A stretch of DNA of 63,498 nucleotides, filler included. It is 9 parts of 9 records of this genome, joined end to end, with 100 filler letters (N's around TTAATTAATTAA, not from the genome) between each part and the next. Parts side by side here need not be neighbours in the genome. Positions count along the whole stretch, not along the records: positions 1 to 7,306 come from SRR31147125_57745; positions 7,407 to 15,569 come from SRR31147125_57778; 7 more parts are not named here. The stretch is one strand, 5' to 3'. Shown in pieces: positions 1 through 9,952 of the stretch. Under the pieces are notes generated by a model. The model had not been told where the DNA came from. It saw only the letters and a program-made list of their open reading frames with translations, and made no database searches. The position numbers were made by a program, and so were the translations under genes. Numbering within the stretch: position 1 is the first letter of the stretch; every line of letters begins with the position of its first letter.

Positions 1-2
1 CC

Positions 3-197
3 GAGAAAAACATTTATGCCGGCTGTTTAAGATTGCGGGATATATTGTGTGGACTGGATGAGGTGCATGGCTTTCAGGAACGTCTGAACAGGGCTATGAT
101 TTTTTACTGCAGAGGTATGATCTGGACAGAACATTCTCAGAAATTGTATGTGGACTATTTGCAGTATGGAAAGAAGAAAAGGTGTCTGAAAAAATGA
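3..197 (+). CDS. C-terminal fragment of a putative lytic transglycosylase (SLT-type lysin), 5' truncated
   Basis: Frame 3 is open from base 3 to TGA 195-197: EKNIYAGCLRLRDILCGL...RLNRAMIFY resembles the SLT 'P..NI..G..YL...ALAAYN' region; the stop overlaps the next ATG (ATGA at 194-197). Confidence 0.45.
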   Translation, partial: EKNIYAGCLRLRDILCGLDEVHGFQERLNRAMIFYCRGMIWTEHSQKLYVDYLQYGKKKRCLKK

Positions 198-673
198 GCG
201 GCAGACAGATAGATATGCGGATAAAACAGGAAGCAGCAAGACTTTTTATAAAAGAGGACAAGTCATTTCAGCAAGTGGCCAATCAATTGGATATTAGCCG
301 GCGTACTGTTTGTCGCTGGGCATATAAAGGTTTTTGGCGATTAAAAAGAATGAAAAGGGGGGATATATTGCAACAAAGTAAAACAATTGTGGAAAAAAAG
401 GTGAGAGAGTTTAGTACCTTTATTGAAGGCACGGATGTTTCTGATGAGCATTTTATTATAAAAATGCGGGATTATACCCGGCTCGTGGAAATGCTGATCA
501 AGTTAGACCGGATGTATTATGCTGAAATTTTGAGAGAGACAATCAGGGTAATGGATCTCTTTGCAGAATATTTATCGGATCAAAAGTTATCTGAACAGCA
601 ATCAAGTAAAATAACGGGGTATGTGGATGGATTTTTTAGCTTTGTGAAAGAAATAAAAATCCGCAAAAAATGA
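194..673 (+). CDS. HTH protein, probable terminase small subunit (DUF1804/Mu gp27-like)
   Basis: N-terminal HTH (EAARLFIKEDKSFQQVANQLDISRRTVCRW..KG.W) then helical region; upstream of terminase large subunit. Confidence 0.6.
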   Translation: MSGRQIDMRIKQEAARLFIKEDKSFQQVANQLDISRRTVCRWAYKGFWRLKRMKRGDILQQSKTIVEKKVREFSTFIEGTDVSDEHFIIKMRDYTRLVEMLIKLDRMYYAEILRETIRVMDLFAEYLSDQKLSEQQSSKITGYVDGFFSFVKEIKIRKK

Positions 674-748
674 CTGTTAAAAATTGCAGAATGTTTACTG
701 ATCCGATATCTCTAAAGGAGATATTCAGTAAGAACAAATGGGGGAAAG

Positions 749-997
749 ATGATACTAACAAAAAATCTTAAATCTGTTATCGGTATTTTACTGCCAAAAC
801 TAGTAAAAATCCTTGCCAGAAAGATGGATGGGTACAAAACACTGACCGGTGCTATTTTGACGACAGGAGGGATGGGGATGCTGTTTTTCCACGGTGGTGA
901 GACAGAAGCGGTTACCATGTTGATCAGCGGGGTTCCTACTCTGCTGGGTGGTATTATACATAAAATAATTAAACGAAAAAACAGGGGGCAAGAATGA
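749..997 (+). CDS. small membrane protein, holin-like
   Basis: 82 aa, 'DGYKT' followed by two hydrophobic segments and a basic C-terminus (HKIIKRKNR); near a putative lysin. Confidence 0.45.
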   Translation: MILTKNLKSVIGILLPKLVKILARKMDGYKTLTGAILTTGGMGMLFFHGGETEAVTMLISGVPTLLGGIIHKIIKRKNRGQE

Positions 998-1347
998 ACA
1001 GAAACATTCAGGAAACCAAAGACGCGGTTATTTTTCTCATTTTGCGGGCAAATGCGGTTGTCAAATCCCGGGAAGATGGAAAAACAGATGCGCGCGATAT
1101 TCTTCATTTTATACCTGCTACCATTAAATTACCTGCAGCTCTGGAAAACATGGATCAAATAAAAGATGAAATTGTGGATATGGATGAAGCTGAAAGAGCA
1201 GAACTGGTTCAGGAAGTGCAAAAGTTGGAATTACGAGGCAAGGTGACTGAGAAAATTGTTAAAGAATCACTTGTCCTGGCGGCAGGTCTGGGTCGTGTCA
1301 TCGGTTTAATATTAAGAGCGAAAAAGGATTCTAACGTACATAATTAA
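994..1347 (+). CDS. phage hypothetical protein
   Basis: 117-aa helical ORF, ATGA-coupled to the previous gene. Confidence 0.6.
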   Translation: MNRNIQETKDAVIFLILRANAVVKSREDGKTDARDILHFIPATIKLPAALENMDQIKDEIVDMDEAERAELVQEVQKLELRGKVTEKIVKESLVLAAGLGRVIGLILRAKKDSNVHN

Positions 1348-1529
1348 GAATCGGCACATTGCTGTATCTGAAGAATGAATAGGCAGTGACTATCCGGACG
1401 GGTAGTTGATCTAAATCGGGGGATGAGTTCTATTTCGAATTGACCAGGGGAATAAAAAGAGTGCAGGTATAACAGGGAATACCGGGACTCATCTCCCACT
1501 ATTAATATGACTAAATGCGGTGAAAAAAT

Positions 1530-3025
1530 ATGAGTGAGATTGCTTTAGGACACTTTGATAAAGAAAAGGAACGGATATTGACTCGTATGAAAAGAGTAAC
1601 CTGTCCGTTTGATTCATTATCGCCTCAGGAGCGCGAGGCCAAGAAGGAACGCTGTCGTGCCAGCGTGCTCGAATTTATGAAAACCTACATGCCCCATTAT
1701 GTTCCCGGGGAATTTTCCAATTATCACAAAAAACTCGAATATTACACTAAAGTGGTAAATGAGCCTGTTTTTATGGCTGGCCCAAAGGAGACGGGTAAAA
1801 GTGTTATTCTCACCATAGGAGATTACACGCGCCGGGCCTGCTATGCGATGAACTGGTTTATGATTATCGGCTCACAAACCGAGGACCAGGCTGCCAACAG
1901 AGCGGCTTTTATAAAGTTCGAATTTGAAGTCAATCCGCGAATAAAACAGGATTTTGGTGATCTCCGGGGAGATTGGTTATGGGAACGCAAAGATTTTGTA
2001 CTGAAAAATGGCATCCGTATCAAATCCCGGGCATTGAAACAGCAAGTGGCTGGCTTGCTACATCGTCAGCATCGGCCGGATGCTTTTCGTGGTGAAGATC
2101 TGGAGGATGAAAGGTCGGCAAAAAATCGGGATCGAACTGAGGATGTAAAAACCTGGATCCTTGATGTTGTTCTTGGCGGTATGGGTTCCTGTTTTAGCCT
2201 GATCTGGGCTGGTAACATTGTATCCAAACATTGTGCCCTGAATCAGTTGATTATGAAAAAGGATGAAAAAGGCCGAAAAAAGTACAAGGGGAAAGTTTAT
2301 AAATTATTACAGGATAATGGCAAAAGTTTATGCCCGGATATCTGGCCCGTGAAACGGATAAAAAACGTAAATACCAGCTGGGCCTGGTGAGATTTAACAA
2401 GGTATACCAGAATGATCCACTCGATCCACAGGCAAAATTTCGGGAAGCGTGGATCAAAGACGTGACACGGGAAGAAGAGGAAAAAATAAAAAAAGATTAT
2501 CTCATCCACGTCTATACGGATCCCATTGTCAAACCAGGTCCGGCTTCCTGCACGTCAGCCACGGTTGTGGCTGGCCTCAATATAACTCGATGGAAAAAAG
2601 GGTACCTTGAAATAGTGGTTTTTGATGCAGCCATAAAAAAGTTGTCAACAAACCAGATGGTGGAGTATCACTATCTGTTCGAGGAAAAGCACAAGCCGGC
2701 AGTTCACTGGTTTGAAAGTGTGGCTTTTTCCGAATGGCTTCATTTTGAATTTATAAACAAGGCAAAAGAGAAAAACAGGCTGCTTAATATAAGGCCTTAC
2801 AGGCAAATCCATATTCACAAGGATATTCGCATAGAAACGATCAGTGGACCCATTGAAAATGGTCAAATCCGTTTCTGCCGACATAATGGTGATGTAAATG
2901 TGCTAATCGACCAGCTTTTACACTATGGTGATCGCGCCGTACCAATGGATGGACCGGATGCGCTGGCAAGTCTGTATGAAATATTGAGGAAAAGCGGCAG
3001 CAAGATGTATGTATTCCCTGGTTAA
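1530..3025 (+). CDS. phage terminase large subunit, split by one frameshift
   Basis: Walker A GPKETGKS, RPD..GEDLED Walker B region, C-terminal RNase H-like nuclease motifs (YTDP, ESVAF, DGPDALA); ORFs 1530-2390 and 2330-3025 join at the A6 run 2360-2365. Confidence 0.85.
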
Positions 3026-3143
3026 TTTGTTGTTTTTTAGAAAATCTTTAGGCTTAAAAGCAGGATGATTTTGTAGTGTAAACCATAATAATATACTCCT
3101 GCTGGTTTAAAACAGTCAGTCACTCAAAGAGAAAGGAATTAAA

Positions 3144-4346
3144 TTGAATCTAAATAAAGTGCGAAAACGATTCAGGGCTATTCGGTCAGCTCTGATAGGA
3201 CCTGTACCATCCATGTATGATGTTTATCCCTGGTCTTCCTGTTCAGGATTGTCAGGATCGCTTCAACCTAAAAAATATCTGGAAGCCTATCGCGGTTGGG
3301 TCTATGGCGCGGTTCGAATTATCAGTTCAACAGCGGCTGCCGGACAGATTCGCTTTTATGTTCCGGATAAGATGGGCAATAAACAGGTTCTGCAAAAAGG
3401 GCATCCGCTGGTGGATCTCTTTGATAAACCCAACATGGCCATGACAAGATGGTATTTGTGTGCTCTCACATTCAGCTGGCTGGAGCTGACAGGTAAAGCG
3501 TACTGGCTTAAAGTGCGTGACAAAATGGGTGTCGTTCGCAGGTTATTACCCCTGCAGCCGGACTGGATCCGGGTCGTTCCTGATAAACGGGACATTATTC
3601 ACGGTTTTTTATATGTTCATGGCGGCAAAAATATTGCCCTGGATAAAAAGGATATGGTTTACCTGCGCTATCCACATCCATCTGTGCTGCATGAAGGTAT
3701 GGGGCCCTTGCAGGCTGCTGCTTATTCCTATGATGCAGATCTGGACATGCACAAATATGACAAGAATTTGTTCGCACATGGGGCCAGCGTAAAATCCGTG
3801 TTAGAGACAGATCAATATTTAAGTGAAGAGGATGCCAACCGGTTGCGGGATGAATGGAAACGACTTTATGGGCGTCCCGAAAACGCCAATGCCGTGGCCA
3901 TTTTACATAATGGAATCAAATATAACAAAGCACAAATGAGCCCCCAGGAACTGGATTTTGAGGCGCTGCGACGTCTGACCCGACAGGAAATCTTTGCTAT
4001 TTTTGGTGTTTCTGAGGGATTATTGGGTATGGTTGAAGATGTAAACAGGACTAACAATATTCAGTTGATGGATTCTTTTATCCGTTTTACCATGCAACCC
4101 AAAGCAGATATGATCCAGGAACAGATTGATAAGGATATAACTGAAGAGGTAGATCCGGCTATTGTTACGGAATTCGAATTACCTAAAGCAATCGATGCCG
4201 TGGAAGAACACAGCAAGATGGAAACACGACTGAAGAATTACACGACCAGTATTAATGAAGAACGGGAAAAATTGGGTATGAAACCTGTCAGTTGGGGTGA
4301 AAAACCATGGTTTAAAAATACTGTTAATCAGGATATACTGAAATAA
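3144..4346 (+). CDS. phage portal protein, HK97 family
   Basis: WVYGAVRII, HPLVDLFDKPN, LTGKAYW, GMGPLQAA, EIFAIFGV and SINEEREKLG motifs. Confidence 0.9.
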   Translation: MNLNKVRKRFRAIRSALIGPVPSMYDVYPWSSCSGLSGSLQPKKYLEAYRGWVYGAVRIISSTAAAGQIRFYVPDKMGNKQVLQKGHPLVDLFDKPNMAMTRWYLCALTFSWLELTGKAYWLKVRDKMGVVRRLLPLQPDWIRVVPDKRDIIHGFLYVHGGKNIALDKKDMVYLRYPHPSVLHEGMGPLQAAAYSYDADLDMHKYDKNLFAHGASVKSVLETDQYLSEEDANRLRDEWKRLYGRPENANAVAILHNGIKYNKAQMSPQELDFEALRRLTRQEIFAIFGVSEGLLGMVEDVNRTNNIQLMDSFIRFTMQPKADMIQEQIDKDITEEVDPAIVTEFELPKAIDAVEEHSKMETRLKNYTTSINEEREKLGMKPVSWGEKPWFKNTVNQDILK

Positions 4347-4358
4347 AGGGGGATCACC

Positions 4359-5314
4359 ATGACAAAAATTATCAAAGATCCGACAAAATTACCATTACCG
4401 CATTTTGGTCGCCGCACCTGTGATGTTGAAATCCGGGACATTAACCGCGAAAAACGCACTATAAAAATTCGGGCGGCAACCAAAAATATCATTCGGGATG
4501 AATGTATCCTGCCACAGGCATTTCAACTGGACCGATATCGTAAAAATCCAGTCATTATGTGGGCGCATGATTATTCTTTACCACCCATTGGCAAGGCATT
4601 GTGGGTGAAGCCGGATAAAGATGGCTTGTTAAAACTCGTTGAATTTGCCAAAACCTCCTTTGCGGATGACATTTTTTATCTTTACGCAGACGGCTTTTTA
4701 AACGCCTGGTCTATTGGCTGGAGATCGCTTGAGTGGATAGAGTCTGATAATGAGTCATATGAAGACATTTTACAAAACTATGATATTCAGGGCCGTCCGC
4801 AGCGGATTATTACCTGCGCGGATCTGTATGAAACATCTGCCGTTCCTTTGCCCGCAGATCCGGATGCGTTGACAACCAAATTAAAAACCGGAGAAATCAA
4901 AAGTCGAACACTCGTAACATCACTTGAAAAATTATTGTGCCAGCCAGGATTAACAGACCCGAATTCCGGGATTGGTGTGCAGAAACAAAAGGGAAAAATC
5001 AGTCTGGAGAAGCAGGAACGTAAAAACGAAGAAAAAACAGGCTGTGTCTATGTGACCGAAGATAAGCAGAATACGGAGAATAACCAGCTGGTTCCGGATG
5101 AATTGAGACGGGTTGTAACGCAGCTTACAGAAAGCATTCGTGCTCTCGTGCCCAAAATAGATGTTATTAAAGAGGCGATTAATATAAAACCCGTTATCGC
5201 GAAAAAAGCCCAGCTCTTCCTCCTGTGGGGATGTCAGCGGATGATATCAAAAGCGTCATCAGGCACGTCGTTCGTGGGGAAATCAGCAGGATGCAAGGCC
5301 GGATAAAAAAGTAA
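4359..5314 (+). CDS. HK97-family prohead protease (C-terminus frameshifted near 5202)
   Basis: YRKNPVIMWAHDY..PPIGK, GFLNAWSIG, LYETSAVPLPADPDA; the alternative frame ends VRGEISRMQGRIKK-TAA at 5314; lies between portal and capsid. Confidence 0.85.
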
Positions 5315-5353
5315 CATCACTGTTTTTTTAAAATATCAGGGAGATAAATCATT

Positions 5354-6493
5354 ATGGAAAAAGTTATAACAGAAGAAGGTACAGAAGCCGTTCAGCTTAC
5401 TTTGGAGGAATTCAAAGAAGCCATGCGGGAAAATGTGCGAACTGTTGTGAGTGAATTGGGATTGGACAAGGTCGATCTGAAACACGAGGTCTATCCGGGG
5501 CAGGACAATCAGGATAGTCTGCAACGTGATGCCAAGGATCGACAGGCAGAATTCTGGCACGCTATTATAGCTGGAGATGCCTATTCTCTCAAAGAGCTTC
5601 AACAGCGTGACAATCTCAGCGAGGGTTCCTCACCAGGTGGCGGATATCTGGTGCCTGAGGAGTTTCAAAGTGACGTTTTACGTCTTATACCCAGGTACGG
5701 TTTGGCCCGACAGCTGTGCCGGGTGTTGCCAATGAACCGTGACAAGAAAAATATTCCCAAAGTGACCACAACCGGCGTCACGGTTTATTGGCCCGGAGAA
5801 TCCAATCAAATCACTGCCTCGCAACCAACCTTTGGCCAGGTGGTACTGGATTCGAAAAAAGCCGGTATTATCGTACCAGCCACAACTGAATTGCTGGACG
5901 ATACGGATCTGCTTTTATCCCTGCTCTCACAACTGGCTGCAGAACAATTTGCCGGTGGAGAGGATCAGCAGCTCTTTCAGGGAACCGGCTCGAATCCGGC
6001 GATAACAGGACTTTTCCTTTCCGATAATGTCACCAAGGTCGTTATGGCTACAGGCAGTACCAGTCTGGCCAATTTAGGCTTTACAGACATTATGGATGTG
6101 GAAAATGCAGTCGATCCCGGATATTTGGAGGGGGCAAAATGGATTATGCACCGGGCAGCATTCAAATATGTGCGCAAGGTCAAGGACGATAGCGGTCAAT
6201 ATATCTGGGATCGTCCCACAAAAGAGATCGATGAATATCCTTATGTCAAATCCGAAAAGTGCCCGAATACCGTGACCACTGCGAACAAGGGGCAGATTGC
6301 CCTGGGTAATTTAAAACGATCTCATGTATTTGGAGATCGTAATCAAATGACCGTAAAATTGTTAACCGAGGCGACTGTCGGAAGCGACAAGCTGGGCGAG
6401 CAGGACATGGTGGCATTCCGGTTTATTGAACGTGTGGATATCCAGGAAGCTCTTCCTACTGCAGTGGTTGTATTATGGACAGCTGCTTCATGA
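5354..6493 (+). CDS. phage major capsid protein, HK97 fold
   Basis: GGYLVPEEF, YWPGES, PTFGQVVL, KVKDDSGQYIW, QDMVAFRFIER motifs; RBS GGGAG. Confidence 0.92.
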   Translation: MEKVITEEGTEAVQLTLEEFKEAMRENVRTVVSELGLDKVDLKHEVYPGQDNQDSLQRDAKDRQAEFWHAIIAGDAYSLKELQQRDNLSEGSSPGGGYLVPEEFQSDVLRLIPRYGLARQLCRVLPMNRDKKNIPKVTTTGVTVYWPGESNQITASQPTFGQVVLDSKKAGIIVPATTELLDDTDLLLSLLSQLAAEQFAGGEDQQLFQGTGSNPAITGLFLSDNVTKVVMATGSTSLANLGFTDIMDVENAVDPGYLEGAKWIMHRAAFKYVRKVKDDSGQYIWDRPTKEIDEYPYVKSEKCPNTVTTANKGQIALGNLKRSHVFGDRNQMTVKLLTEATVGSDKLGEQDMVAFRFIERVDIQEALPTAVVVLWTAAS

Positions 6494-6555
6494 TGTTTTG
6501 TAACGTCTTTTTTAACGAATCAGGTAGACAAAACAGGCCAAAGGGGGTGAAGCAG

Positions 6556-6818
6556 ATGGCAAAAATCAGAGTTCGGATTTTATGCCGACTGGTAGAGGAT
6601 GGTCAGGAATGGCACAAGGGAGACGAGGTGGATATGGAATCAACAAGAGCCTTTTCCTGGGCAGTGCCGTGAAAATAATGGGCGATGACGTGCAGGGGGA
6701 CGATAGGGGATCAGATAAAACAGTGCCGGTCAAGAGTGGAAAGAAGGTTGCAAAGAGAGCGCTGAAATCGGGTCAGAACAGAGCTATTCAAAAGGATTCG
6801 GAGACGCGATTTGGGTAG
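6556..6818 (+). CDS. small capsid-associated hypothetical protein (frameshifted near 6652)
   Basis: RBS GGGGGTG then MAKIRVRILCRLVEDGQEWHKGDEVDM, continuing in the 6582-6818 frame with a Lys-rich tail; typical position after a capsid gene. Confidence 0.5.
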
Positions 6819-6836
6819 GGGGATCTTTACGGGGGC

Positions 6837-6863
6837 GTTGGGGCACGGACGTTGTGCCCCGAC
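6837..6863. repeat. REP-like palindrome
   Basis: GTTGGGGCACGGACGTTGTGCCCCGAC, hairpin resembling GTAGGGGCAC...GTGCCCCTAC-type REP elements. Confidence 0.55.
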
Positions 6864-6898
6864 AGTATAACTGATATTAAAAATAAGGAGTTATTCAC

Positions 6899-7257
6899 GT
6901 GTTGCGTTTGCTGCTAATATATTTTACGAATTTATTTGTTTTTCTGCTGACATGGAACATGGCCAATGCTCAATATTATGTCTGGTGCGACAGTATTTCG
7001 GTGAATGAAACCGCGATTGATTCTGTGTACACAACGCGTTGGGAACAGGTAACCATCAAGTTTGAAGGGTGTCACGGCTGGGTAAATGGGGCGCGCCAGA
7101 TACATCCTCCTGGGCTCTGCGCAAGTGGTGGTATCTGCCGGAAGGGGAGACATTAACATTTGGATTCCGGACACCTTTGAAACGTTTAGCGTTCAAGTCT
7201 GCCAGTGCGAACGGTTTTTTTTACACAGCCGGATACAAGAGGAGAGCGCAGTATTAA
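6899..7257 (+). CDS. secreted hypothetical protein (frameshift near 7084)
   Basis: RBS TAAGGAG; Sec-type signal MLRLLLIYFTNLFVFLLTWNMANA; ORFs 6899-7156 and 7069-7257 join into a Trp-rich protein of about 120 aa. Confidence 0.55.
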
Positions 7258-7270
7258 AAAAAGAAGGGGG

Positions 7271-7302
7271 TGTCATTCCCGAACGCTCCAATCGGGAATC
7301 CA
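7271..7302. repeat. REP-like palindrome at the contig end
   Basis: TGTCATTCCCGAACGCTCCAATCGGGAATCCA, GTCATTCCCG...CGGGAATCCA type hairpin. Confidence 0.6.
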
Positions 7303-7306
7303 GGGG

Positions 7307-7406
7307 NNNNNNNNNNNNNNNNNNNNNNNNNNNNNNNNNNNNNNNNNNNNTTAATTAATTAANNNNNNNNNNNNNNNNNNNNNNNNNNNNNNNNNNNNNN
7401 NNNNNN
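7307..7406. other. artificial contig spacer
   Basis: N44-TTAATTAATTAA-N44 (stops in all six frames). Confidence 0.99.
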
Positions 7407-8531
7407 GGAACATCACCGCATGTATGAGCAGTATCATCCTCTCGGGATTGTCGGCATCGTGACCGCTTTCAACTTCCCGGTGGCGCCGTGGGCGTGGAAC
7501 GCCATGATCGCCGCAATTTGCGGCAATGTTTCGATCTGGAAGCCGGCAACGCAGGTTCCCTTTCCGCTATTGCCACCCAGAAGATTGTCGGCAAGGTTCT
7601 CAAGGAAAATGGTCTGCCCGACGGCATCTTTTCTCTGGTCATCGGGGAGGGCTCCGTTATCGGCGAATCCCTGCTCAACGATCGCCGGATCCCCCTCATC
7701 TCCTTCACCGGGTCAGTGCCGGTCGGCCGTCATGCCGCCGAGGTTGTGGCCAAGCGCTTGGGGAGAACCATTCTTGAGTTGAGCGGCAACAATGCGATTA
7801 TCCTGACGCAGCATGCCGATCTCAAACTGGCCCTTCCAGCCGTTGTATTCAGCGCGGTGGGAACGGCTGGACAACGTTGCACCACGACCCGCCGTCTTAT
7901 TATCCATGAGGCGATTTATGAGAAGGTCAAGCTGGCTTTGACCAAAGCCTATCAGGGGTTGCGTATTGGCGATCCCCTCGACGAAAAAAATCATGTCGGG
8001 CCGCTGATCGGGCTTGAGGCGGTTGCCTGTTTCAACAAGGCTCTTGAAGCTGTCAGGGAGCAGGGCGGTAAACTGATTTTCGGCGGTGAAAACTTTTCCG
8101 GGGAGGGCTACGAGTCGGGATGCTATGTGGTTCCCGCGCTTGCAGAGGCGAAAAATCACTTTCCCATTGTGCAGGCCGAAACCTTTGGCCCGATCCTTTA
8201 CCTGATCAAGTACCAGGGGGCGGTCTCCAACGCCATCGCTCTTCAGAATGACGTCAAGCAGGGGCTTTCCTCCGCCATTTTCACGACCGATATGCGCGAG
8301 GCCGAAGAATTCCTGTCCCAGACTGGTTCCGACTGCGGCCTCGCCAACGTCAATATCGGCACTTCCGGCGCCGAAATCGGGGGGGCTTTTGGCGGTGAGA
8401 AGGAAACCGGCGGCGGCCGGGAGTCAGGCTCCGATGTATGGAAGGCCTATATGCGGCGTCAGACCGTGACCATCAACTACGGGACGGAAATGCCGCTGGC
8501 GCAGGGGATCAAGTTTGATGTTGAATCCTGA
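7407..8531 (+). CDS. pcd: ALDH7-type aldehyde dehydrogenase (piperideine-6-carboxylate/aminoadipate semialdehyde dehydrogenase), 5' truncated, frameshift near 7558
   Basis: [64 protein letters not shown]; adjacent to lat. Confidence 0.88.
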
Positions 8532-8580
8532 TTTGTCGCTTTCGTGGTAAATTCACTCCCAAGTTCGACAGACTTTCAGC

Positions 8581-9952
8581 ATGGAGGTGCCGGTGATTCA
8601 ACCTCATGAGGTCAAAAAAACTCTTTCCCGACATATGTTGACCGAAGGTTTCGACATGATCCTCGATCTGGATAAATCCGAAGGATCCTGGTTCGTTGAT
8701 CAGAGAAACGGGGATCGCTACCTCGATTTTTTCAGCATGTACGCTTCCATGGCTGTGGGCTACAACCACCCTAAGCTGGTGGCGGCCCGCGACCATCTTG
8801 GGCGTCTGGCGATCAACAAACCGTCAAATTCCGATGTCTATACCCAGGCCATGGCGGAATTCGTGGAGACCTTTTCCAGGGTCGGAATTCCGGACTACCT
8901 TCCCCATACCTTCTTTGTCGAAGGGGGAGCTCTGGCCGTGGAAAATGCGTTAAAGACGGCTTTTGACTGGAAAGTCCGGAAAAACGCAACTAACGGCAAC
9001 AAAAGAAATCTTGGTAGCCAGGTTATCCATTTCCGGCAGGCTTTTCACGGCCGCAGTGGCTACACCCTGTCCCTGACCAACACCTTTGATTCCCGCAAAA
9101 TCAAATATTTTCCCAAGTTTGGCTGGCCCCTCATCATCAACCCGAAAATCACCTTTCCTTTCGATCAGCGCAATCTGGACAGGGTGCAGGCGCTGGAGCA
9201 TGAAGCACTTCGGGAAATCGATGAACTCATTGACCGGGAAGGGGACGATATTGCTGCCATCATTATTGAACCGATCCAAGGAGAGGGGGGACAATCATTT
9301 CCGTGCCGAGTTTCTTCAGGAGCTGCGCAGAATCTGTGATGAAAACGATATCCTTTTCATTCTGGATGAGGTCCAGACCGGTGTCGGTCTGACCGGGAGG
9401 TTCTGGGCCCATGAGCATTTCGGGGTACGGCCCGACATCCTTGCTTTCGGCAAGAAGACGCAGGTCTGCGGCATCCTTGCTTCGAGGCGAATCGATGAGG
9501 TGGAAAAGAATGTCTTCAGGGAAAGAAGTCGGATCAGTTCCACCTTCGGCGGCGGTCTTATCGACATGGTTCGCAGCACCCATATCCTGCGCATCATCGA
9601 GGAGGAGAATCTGGTCGAGAATGCTCGTGTCCAGGGAGAGGTCCTGTTGACTGGGATTAAGGAGCTGGCCGGGGAATTCCCCGATCTGGTCTCCAACCCG
9701 CGGGGCCGAGGCCTGATGTGTGCTTTCGACGCGCCGGACAGCGATACCCGCGATCAGATGGTCAAAGCCTTTTTGCGGGCGAAGCTGTTGATGGTCGGCT
9801 GTGGGATCAAGGGCATCCGATTCCGGCCTCACCTGATCGTCACTGCGGATGAAATCAGTGAGGGACTGGGGATAATCCGTGAGGTGCTGAAAAGGGAGAC
9901 TTTGAAACTCTGTAGCTATCGCCGGATCACGATTCCGGGATGCCGCCCATGA
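8581..9952 (+). CDS. lat: L-lysine 6-transaminase (frameshift at G6 9285-9290)
   Basis: YLDFFSMYAS, KPSNSDVY, GALAVENALKTAFDWK, AFHGRSGYTLSLTNT, EPIQGEGGD, DEVQTG, FGKKTQVCG. Confidence 0.92.

Noticed and set aside
2330-2390. Programmed ribosomal frameshift in the terminase large subunit
   Set aside because: Same homopolymer-loss pattern as many unrelated genes in the window; error is more parsimonious.
7351-7362. TTAATTAATTAA recurring eight times as a possible biological repeat or array
   Set aside because: Always centred in N44 flanks; a standard all-frame-stop linker.
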